Source: an uncultured bacterium | GTDB lineage: Bacteria; UBP14; UBA6098; B30-G16 | DNA: 64,000 nt | Reading direction: 5' to 3' | NCBI GenBank assembly: GCA_965552135.1 | Contig: CBEVQY010000001.1 | Location: 32,001-96,000, forward strand | In this document: positions 57,174 through 64,000 of the stretch, one piece after another | How the letters are laid out: every line of letters starts with the position of its first letter | Numbering within the stretch: position 1 is the first letter of the stretch | Position numbers and translations under genes: made by a program | The notes under the pieces: generated by a model | What the model was told of the DNA's origin: nothing | What the model saw: only the letters and a program-made list of their open reading frames with translations | Database searches by the model: none

Positions 57174-60100
57174 ATGAGGAGAGCAAGTTTGTTTGTTTTT
57201 CTGTCTTGTGCCTTTGTTTTTGCTTTAAGGTTCTCCCCTTCGGATGAGCTTGTTGGTCCCTACGAGCTTAAGCTTGCGTCGTCGGATGGTTTTTCGGCTC
57301 ATCATCCGAAGCTTATAGTTCCCGATGCGAGCTATCGTCGTCCGCCCACTTTGGCTGAGCTTGTCTACAAAAGCTGGCTTCGCGGCGTAGCCAAGTCGCC
57401 CCTGTTGCCGCCGCGCAGGCTCCCGCCCGGTCTTGAGAAGTTCTACGGACCGCTTCCTGTGACGCTTCCTGCGGCGGTTGAGCACTACGGCGCCGGCAGA
57501 AAGCTTTTGCGGGGAGCTGCGCCTTCCTCGCCCGCCGAAGCGCTCGACTACGGCGGCTTCGACGCCTCGGACCACCTCGTCTCGATCCCCTGGACGAACC
57601 CACAGAGGCAGCCTTCGATCGCAACCGACACCTTCGGCGTGATATACGCCGTGTGGGGCGAGGAGTTCGATCCCAACACGAACGCGATAATGTTCTCCAA
57701 GTCGACCGACGGTGGCATCACGTGGTCGGAGGCGGTGATAGTCGACAACATAGGCACCAACTTCATGCCCCGGATCGCCGTCTGCAGCGGGACGAGCCCG
57801 TCCAACACGAGGGTGCACGTCGCATACAACTACATCGACATGCACATCTACGACATCTACGACACCTCGGGGACGTATCTTGGTCAGGACACCGTTTACG
57901 AGGGCGACGTGTACTACTCCCGCTCCAACAACGGCGGCGCTACCTTCTCGACCTACTACCCCATCGCCAACAACGACATCGACCTTATAATCTTCTCCTT
58001 CCAGTACGACGAGGGCGGGGCGGACATCGCCGTGGACGAGGACAACGAGGTCGCCGTAGCCTACTACTCGCAGGCTGATGAGGGGCATCTTATATCGCTT
58101 GCCCTGCTTATCGTTTACATTCTCCTCACCGGTGGTCTCCCACCCTTCTGGTTCGACTACACGTGGTATACGGTTTGCTATCGCGCCTCCATAAACGGGG
58201 GCGGGACCTTCGGACCTGAGATTGAGATCGTCAACGACTGGTTCGTCGACAGGTGGAACCCTGGGATAGACGTTTACGGCAGCGGTCCGGGCGCCGAGCT
58301 ACACTGCGCGTACACGGAGGCGGGGTTCATGTCGCTTGCCGAGGCAACGGCGTACTTTAAGAAAGTCATAGACCCGTTCTACGCTCCCTCGGTGAGTTCC
58401 AAGACTTTCGTGGCCGATGGGTACACTTTTGCGGGCTGCCTGCAGACAGACAGCGACGGAAACCCGCACGTCTCCATAACCGACAACTTCTCGTGGGTCG
58501 ACTACGACGTCTACTACACCCGCTCCACCGACGGAGGCGCGTCGTTCTTGGACCCGCTTGTGATAGACATAGGCACGTACGACTCCTACGAGGGTCGCAT
58601 AGGGCTTGACCTTGCGAACAACCCGTTCATAGCCTGGACCGACGCCCGCGGTGGCGACTACGACATCTACTGCGTGTGGTCCGAGGACGGCGGCGCGACG
58701 ATGAGATCGGACCAGCACAAGGTCAACCACGAGACGTTTAACGACAACCAGTACTGGCCCGATGTGTCGCTGTTTTTACCCGACACGATAAGGCGGCTTG
58801 ATATCGACTGGTGGGACACGAAGACCGACCCCGACGGCGACATCTACTTCAACTCGGCGACCTGGTGGCGCACCAACGTCGTGATCCAGCTGCACGATAC
58901 CCTCGCCAACCCGATGGGCGGCACCGTCACGATAAGCTACACATCCTTCGGTGTGCCCATAAGCAGGGAGATAAACGAGGGCTACTGGATCATCTATCAC
59001 GACCCTTACACGTCGATAACGGTCGACGGCATATCGAGCGGATCGGACACGACGGAGCGCTGGGTTTTGAACGAGGACGGGCACGACACGACGTTCACTC
59101 CGGCAACCCCCGGACAGACCTATACCCTCACGTACTACGACCAGTACTGGACGACGTTCACGGTGACGAAGGGCAATCCGCCCGCCTGTACACACACGCC
59201 TCCTGAGGGGATCATGTTCACCTACGAGTACTTCTGGTGGGTTCGCGTTGCCAACACCGACACGACCACCTGGGCGAACGTCCACGGGCTTTATCAGTAC
59301 ACCCCCACCTATCCGCCCGGCGCGACGCACGAGAGGTGGCACACCCCCGAGCCCTCGGGCTACGTGATGAGCCGGACCATAGCGCCCACGTATTACCATC
59401 AGTGGTACGCCCAGTTCCGTCGTCCGCAAAAGCTCAACCCCGACACTGGCTCGTGCGCCTGCACGCACAGCGTTCCGTCGTTTGCCCTTCTGCAGCGGTA
59501 CGAGGACGGCGAGAACCTCGGCGGCACCGCCGATATGGTCGACTGGACAGACTGCGGAAGCATATACGAGTACGAAAACCCCAAGGTCATAAGCTCCCAG
59601 CAGAGGTGGCTTATCACTGAGGGCGCCTCCGGCGTTGTGGACGGCATAGGTCCGTACATCCCCGGCGCGTACCACCAGTGGAAGCCGAGCATAATCCTCG
59701 TCGGTCCGTCCTGCCCCGACAACACCACCTGCTGCGAGGAGTACTGGAGCGGAGGCGTCTCCTACTACGAGGTTGACCTCTGCGGCACATACGAGCCGTG
59801 GGTCGACTGCGCCAGCCGCCTGAAGATGTGCGACTTCACCACCCTCGGCTGGGTCGCCAGAGACCCAACCGAGTTTCCGTGCGTTACGTCGGCGTTTATG
59901 GCGTCCATTCGCTACGGGAACGTGGTATCCGTGACCCTTCGCAACGACTTCGGCTACGGCTTTGTGGTTGCCGACGGCGACACGTACTCCTCGCCCGCCG
60001 TGATAGGCTGGGCGCCGTCGACGGACCACGTTATCACCGCGGTCACGCCGCAGGTGTTCGGCGCCACACGGTACGTCTGGGACCACTGGTCGGACGGCGG

Positions 60101-63100
60101 AGCAGAATCACACGTCGTGACCGTGATATCCGACACGGAGTTCGTGGCGTACTTCAACCGCCAGTACTTCCTCGAGGTCAACTCCGACCACGACTCTCCC
60201 TGGGGCGAGGGCTGGTACGATGAGGGTGCCAGCGCCGAGTTCGGCGTTACGCGCTACGACTCCACAGGCGGCATCCGCTACAGCTTCGCGGGATGGATAG
60301 GCACAGGTGCGGGAAGTTACACCGGACCCGATACGTCCCACGTCGTCGTCATGAACAACCCGATAACCGAGGAGGCAAGGTGGGACGTCCAGTATCGCCT
60401 CACCCTCGACCACACTGGAACGCCCATAGAGCCCACCATGTCGGGGGATGGTTGGTACAACGCCGGCACGATGGCGTCGATTTCGACCGACTCGATCCTC
60501 GGCGACGACGGCACCGACACCGACTCGGTGAGGTATGTGTTTGATCACTGGGAGAGCTCTCCCGCTGGCGCTGTAATTGGCTGCCCGACGTGCGCCAACA
60601 CCGACGTCTTCATGGATCAGCCCTACACGCTTACGGCGGTCTACGTGACGCAGTATCGGTTCTGGGTGAGCAACGACACGATGGACGCGGACTTCGGCAA
60701 CCCCAACCCATCGGTTGGCGCGCACTGGTTCAACGAGGGCGACACCGTCGTTGCGACCGTCGAGTCGCCGTACTCGGGGATGTACTGCACCGGCTGGAGC
60801 GGCACCGGGTCGCTGCCTGATGGGATAAACGACACAGCGGTCTTCGTCATAGAGGAGCCAAGCTCGATAGACTGGCACTGGGCGCCGCAGTATGCGCTCG
60901 TTGTGCACGCGGTGCTCGACGGCGTGCCGGGTTATTCCGACTGGCTTTTGGGCGCTGCTGGTGCCTCGCCCGGCGCCGGAACGACGTGGGTCACACCCGG
61001 CGCCGACGCAACCGTGAAGCTCGCCACAACGGTGGTTGGGCTCGGTCCATCGATGAGGGATACGTGCTACATGTGGAGCGCGGAGGGCGCGCCGTGCGTC
61101 CCATCCGATACCTGCTGGGGGAGCGGCGACTCCGTGACGTTTGTGATGACCACAAACACCAACTGGATCTGGCACTTCAAGCAGCAGGTCACCTTCGAGG
61201 TTCGTTGCACGGTTGAGACGGATGGCACAAGCTGCGGCTACGACTCGCCGAACCCGCCCTACGGCACCTACTGGGTCGATGTTGGCGACACGATAGACGC
61301 CACCGTGGACCCGACCGACGGCGACTACGTTTGCGTTGGTTATTTCGGCTCGGGCTCGGTTCCCTCAAGCGGCTGGGGCACCCACTGGAGCGGCGAGATA
61401 ACGGCTGCCTCCTGCATCGTTTGGCGCTGGATCAACCGCGCCGACGCCGAAAGCATTCTCGTCGTCTCGGACCACGGCGAGTGGGGTTGCGTTCCGCCCG
61501 TGGGCTGGAACTACTTCCCGCGCGGCGAAGTCGTCGACCTGTGGACGACTGCGGTGGATGTGCCCGACACCACCGAGGGCATACGATACTCCTGCACAGG
61601 CTGGACGGGCACGGGCTGCGTGCCCCCGTCGGGCGCATCCAACTACTGCGGTGGAGTGGTGGTAAGCTCGTCGGGAACGATAACTTGGAACTGGCAAACC
61701 CAGTACAGGCTTCGCATATACAGCGACTTCGATACCCCCCATCCCGACACCGGGGAGTACTGGTACAACGCCGGCATGAACATCCACTGTTATCTCGAAA
61801 GCACGATCGACACAACCGACACCGGCACAACCGTCTACTGCACGGGCTGGCACCCCGATTTCTTCAACGGCGACACGTGCCTCACATTCCCGCCGTACGA
61901 CAGCACAAGCTACGACTTCAACCTCACCCTCAACTGCCCTGTGGACATAACCTGGAAGTGGAGCGACTATCTTGCGCCGCTTTACGTCTACTCCGACCAC
62001 GACAGCCCCATCCCCTCCGACACGAGCTTCTGGATCCCCGGCACCGACGTGACGGCGTTCGTCACCTCCCCCGCCGACGTCGACTCGATTTACGGTGAGC
62101 GCTGGGTTTGCACGGGCTGGACCGGCACCGGCGACGTCCCAGCCTCGGGCACCGGAACAGCCGTATCGTTCACGATATACGACACCTCATCGATAACCTG
62201 GCACTGGCAGCACCAGTACAGACTGCACATAACCACGAACACCTATCCCACCGTTTGGGGCGATCCGTACCCCGAGGTCGGGGATCACTGGTACAACGAG
62301 GGCGATTCCGTCCGCTGCATAACCCACTCCGTCGACCTCGACGGCACCGACACGGTTTACTGCACCGGTCTGCGCGGCACGGGCTGCGTGCCTGAGGAGT
62401 GGCCAATGGCTGAGATCTGGCTCGTGATAACTGAGCCGGGAACGCTTGAGTGGCAATGGCACCACGCCGACAGCGTGGCACCGCTTTTCGTCTTCTCCGA
62501 CTACGACGACCCGTTCCCCTACGGGATATCGTACTGGCTTTTGGGCGATACCGTGGACGCCACGGTCGACGACTCGGTGGTCGTTGGCTCGGACGTGATC
62601 CACTGCATAGGCTGGCACGGCACCGGCGACTCCCTGCCACCCATAGGCGACTCAACGCACGTGAACTTCACCATTTGGGAGGCGTGCTCCCTGTGGTGGG
62701 ATTGGTCGACAGTGTACTGGTTCACGGTCGTAAACCCCGGCGGTCACGACACGCCCCACCCGCCCGAGGGAAGCTACATGTACCCCGCGGGAAGCTACGT
62801 TACGGGCTACATCGAGGACCCCGTCGTTGTTGAGGGGAGCGACACGTTCTACTGCATCGGGTATTTCGGCACAGGGGACCTCGACTCGGTCTCGCCGCAG
62901 ACGGACTTCGCCTTCACGATAACACAGAACAGCTCGATAGAGTGGCGCTGGAGCGACGTTGCGGTTCGCCTGGATGTGTACTCCGACTACGGCAGCCCGC
63001 ACCCCTACGGAACGACCTACTGGATCCCCGGAAGCGAGGTGCACGCCACGGTGGAGGACGTCGTCGAGCTTGCCGACGGCATAAGGGCGCACTGCATCGG

Positions 63101-64000
63101 CTGGGTTGGGACGGGATCTGTGCCACCCTCCGGCGCAACAAACTCCGTCGACTTCACGATAAACGAAAACTCAACGCTCACCTGGCTTTGGCAGATCGAG
63201 TATAGGTTCACCGTTTCGGGCTGGCCGAGCGAATACGACACGCCAACGCCCAACTACGGCGAGCACTGGTATCCCGAAAGCAGCCTCGTTTCGGGCGCGA
63301 TGACCGAAAACCCGGTCTACGTCGGTCCGCCGGATGATTCGATGTACTGCATAGGCTACGTCGGCACAGGGGACCTCCCCGACACGAGCCACCAAACCGA
63401 CTTCGAGTTCGTCATAACGCAGCCCACGAGCATAACCTGGCTTTGGTATCCCGCCGATACGGTCGTGAGGCTCGTCGTCCACTGCCCCTACGACGACCCG
63501 ATCCCCTACGGGACGACGTACTGGCTCATCGGTCAGGTTGTGGAGGCGACGGTCGACACCATAGCCTACGAGCCCGACTCGACGACGCGCCACGACCTTT
63601 TGGGATTCCAGGTGGCGGGCGCAATAGATTCCCTCGATACGTCGGGCACAAACGTGGTCGTCTTCGTCATCGACACCAACACAGACCTGTGGTGGCTTTG
63701 GGAGGAGCAGTACTACATCACCCTCGACTACGATGGTCTTCCCGACGACTACGAGCCCGTCCAGACGGGCGAGGGCTGGTATTCCGCGGGCGACACTGCC
63801 TGGATAGAGACGGAGACACCTGTCGACTGCGGAAGCTACGGATACTACGGCTTCTACCTGTGGACCTACACACCCCACGACTCCGGCGTTGTGGGCGATA
63901 CGCTTATGGCGAGCACATACGTCATCGTCAACGATAACTACACCCTCACGGCGCACTACGCGCCCGCGCATCAGGTTACGGTAAGCAAGAACCCATCCAC
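57174..64000 (+). CDS. Giant secreted surface/adhesin-like protein (at least 2275 aa, 3' truncated): signal peptide, Asp-box beta-propeller, tandem beta-sandwich repeats
   Basis: ATG 57174 after AAGGAGG; I translated frame 3 and found no stop to the window end, which explains its absence from the ORF track; MRRASLFVFLSCAFVFA signal; Asp boxes SKSTDGGITW, SRSNNGGATF, RSTDGGASF, SEDGGATM; repeats of GxxWY..G...CxGWxGTG...WxW.xQY. Confidence 0.9.
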   Translation, partial: MRRASLFVFLSCAFVFALRFSPSDELVGPYELKLASSDGFSAHHPKLIVPDASYRRPPTLAELVYKSWLRGVAKSPLLPPRRLPPGLEKFYGPLPVTLPAAVEHYGAGRKLLRGAAPSSPAEALDYGGFDASDHLVSIPWTNPQRQPSIATDTFGVIYAVWGEEFDPNTNAIMFSKSTDGGITWSEAVIVDNIGTNFMPRIAVCSGTSPSNTRVHVAYNYIDMHIYDIYDTSGTYLGQDTVYEGDVYYSRSNNGGATFSTYYPIANNDIDLIIFSFQYDEGGADIAVDEDNEVAVAYYSQADEGHLISLALLIVYILLTGGLPPFWFDYTWYTVCYRASINGGGTFGPEIEIVNDWFVDRWNPGIDVYGSGPGAELHCAYTEAGFMSLAEATAYFKKVIDPFYAPSVSSKTFVADGYTFAGCLQTDSDGNPHVSITDNFSWVDYDVYYTRSTDGGASFLDPLVIDIGTYDSYEGRIGLDLANNPFIAWTDARGGDYDIYCVWSEDGGATMRSDQHKVNHETFNDNQYWPDVSLFLPDTIRRLDIDWWDTKTDPDGDIYFNSATWWRTNVVIQLHDTLANPMGGTVTISYTSFGVPISREINEGYWIIYHDPYTSITVDGISSGSDTTERWVLNEDGHDTTFTPATPGQTYTLTYYDQYWTTFTVTKGNPPACTHTPPEGIMFTYEYFWWVRVANTDTTTWANVHGLYQYTPTYPPGATHERWHTPEPSGYVMSRTIAPTYYHQWYAQFRRPQKLNPDTGSCACTHSVPSFALLQRYEDGENLGGTADMVDWTDCGSIYEYENPKVISSQQRWLITEGASGVVDGIGPYIPGAYHQWKPSIILVGPSCPDNTTCCEEYWSGGVSYYEVDLCGTYEPWVDCASRLKMCDFTTLGWVARDPTEFPCVTSAFMASIRYGNVVSVTLRNDFGYGFVVADGDTYSSPAVIGWAPSTDHVITAVTPQVFGATRYVWDHWSDGGAESHVVTVISDTEFVAYFNRQYFLEVNSDHDSPWGEGWYDEGASAEFGVTRYDSTGGIRYSFAGWIGTGAGSYTGPDTSHVVVMNNPITEEARWDVQYRLTLDHTGTPIEPTMSGDGWYNAGTMASISTDSILGDDGTDTDSVRYVFDHWESSPAGAVIGCPTCANTDVFMDQPYTLTAVYVTQYRFWVSNDTMDADFGNPNPSVGAHWFNEGDTVVATVESPYSGMYCTGWSGTGSLPDGINDTAVFVIEEPSSIDWHWAPQYALVVHAVLDGVPGYSDWLLGAAGASPGAGTTWVTPGADATVKLATTVVGLGPSMRDTCYMWSAEGAPCVPSDTCWGSGDSVTFVMTTNTNWIWHFKQQVTFEVRCTVETDGTSCGYDSPNPPYGTYWVDVGDTIDATVDPTDGDYVCVGYFGSGSVPSSGWGTHWSGEITAASCIVWRWINRADAESILVVSDHGEWGCVPPVGWNYFPRGEVVDLWTTAVDVPDTTEGIRYSCTGWTGTGCVPPSGASNYCGGVVVSSSGTITWNWQTQYRLRIYSDFDTPHPDTGEYWYNAGMNIHCYLESTIDTTDTGTTVYCTGWHPDFFNGDTCLTFPPYDSTSYDFNLTLNCPVDITWKWSDYLAPLYVYSDHDSPIPSDTSFWIPGTDVTAFVTSPADVDSIYGERWVCTGWTGTGDVPASGTGTAVSFTIYDTSSITWHWQHQYRLHITTNTYPTVWGDPYPEVGDHWYNEGDSVRCITHSVDLDGTDTVYCTGLRGTGCVPEEWPMAEIWLVITEPGTLEWQWHHADSVAPLFVFSDYDDPFPYGISYWLLGDTVDATVDDSVVVGSDVIHCIGWHGTGDSLPPIGDSTHVNFTIWEACSLWWDWSTVYWFTVVNPGGHDTPHPPEGSYMYPAGSYVTGYIEDPVVVEGSDTFYCIGYFGTGDLDSVSPQTDFAFTITQNSSIEWRWSDVAVRLDVYSDYGSPHPYGTTYWIPGSEVHATVEDVVELADGIRAHCIGWVGTGSVPPSGATNSVDFTINENSTLTWLWQIEYRFTVSGWPSEYDTPTPNYGEHWYPESSLVSGAMTENPVYVGPPDDSMYCIGYVGTGDLPDTSHQTDFEFVITQPTSITWLWYPADTVVRLVVHCPYDDPIPYGTTYWLIGQVVEATVDTIAYEPDSTTRHDLLGFQVAGAIDSLDTSGTNVVVFVIDTNTDLWWLWEEQYYITLDYDGLPDDYEPVQTGEGWYSAGDTAWIETETPVDCGSYGYYGFYLWTYTPHDSGVVGDTLMASTYVIVNDNYTLTAHYAPAHQVTVSKNPS
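59920..63972 (+). repeat. About 16 tandem degenerate protein repeats of about 80 aa (divergent InlB-B/Flg_new-like beta-sandwiches)
   Basis: Recurrent C(T/I)G(W/Y)xGTG and (I/L)xWxW motifs about every 240-260 nt; DNA identity between copies is low. Confidence 0.75.

Noticed and set aside
57225..63971. Dozens of short ORFs on both strands in the ORF track
   Set aside because: All overlap the single uninterrupted frame-3 giant ORF and have Arg/His-rich shadow composition
59920..63972. CRISPR array or diversity-generating retroelement template/variable repeats
   Set aside because: The repeats are degenerate protein-level units with no near-identical DNA copies, no adenine-specific mismatch pair, and no RT or cas genes in the window
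1..64000. Stop-codon reassignment, selenocysteine, inteins or programmed frameshifts
   Set aside because: The recognisable genes are full length under the standard code and end at TGA, TAG or TAA; I saw no split conserved genes or intein-sized inserts

Overview
A gene-dense, GC-rich (about 60% by eye) bacterial chromosomal segment with no phage, IS, integrase or CRISPR array that I can support. Most of it is housekeeping genes in scrambled operons: rsmI fragment, uppP, family-4 UDG, MATE, dxs, ispA, mreC, feoB with a DtxR-type regulator, hypD, pyrC, degP, pdp, obgE, dinB, mnmE, miaB, coaE, rplY, prs, tRNA-Gln, ispE and a four-subunit pyruvate:ferredoxin oxidoreductase. These suggest an anaerobic diderm. 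It carries type IX secretion (T9SS)-like cargo and accessory genes, yet uses TTGACA-type promoters and strong Shine-Dalgarno sites, which points to a non-Bacteroidia FCB-related lineage (inference). Most interesting: (1) a two-gene module pairing a type-B-CTD surface protein with one polypeptide that fuses a PorP/SprF- or PorV-like barrel, CARDB, an Ig domain and three OmpA-like domains, resembling a PorP+PorE fusion (12639-18096); (2) a giant ORF of at least 2275 codons missing from the ORF track (57174 to the window end), with an Asp-box propeller holding an internal TM-like hydrophobic segment and about 16 tandem beta-sandwich repeats; (3) enrichment of D-(S/T)-hydrophobic O-glycosylation sequons in exported proteins; (4) a candidate sigma54-driven degP-gldAFG-DUF4340-BatD-like-moxR operon; (5) an ispE stop codon lying inside tRNA-Gln. 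All family assignments come from motif recognition by eye, with no database searches.
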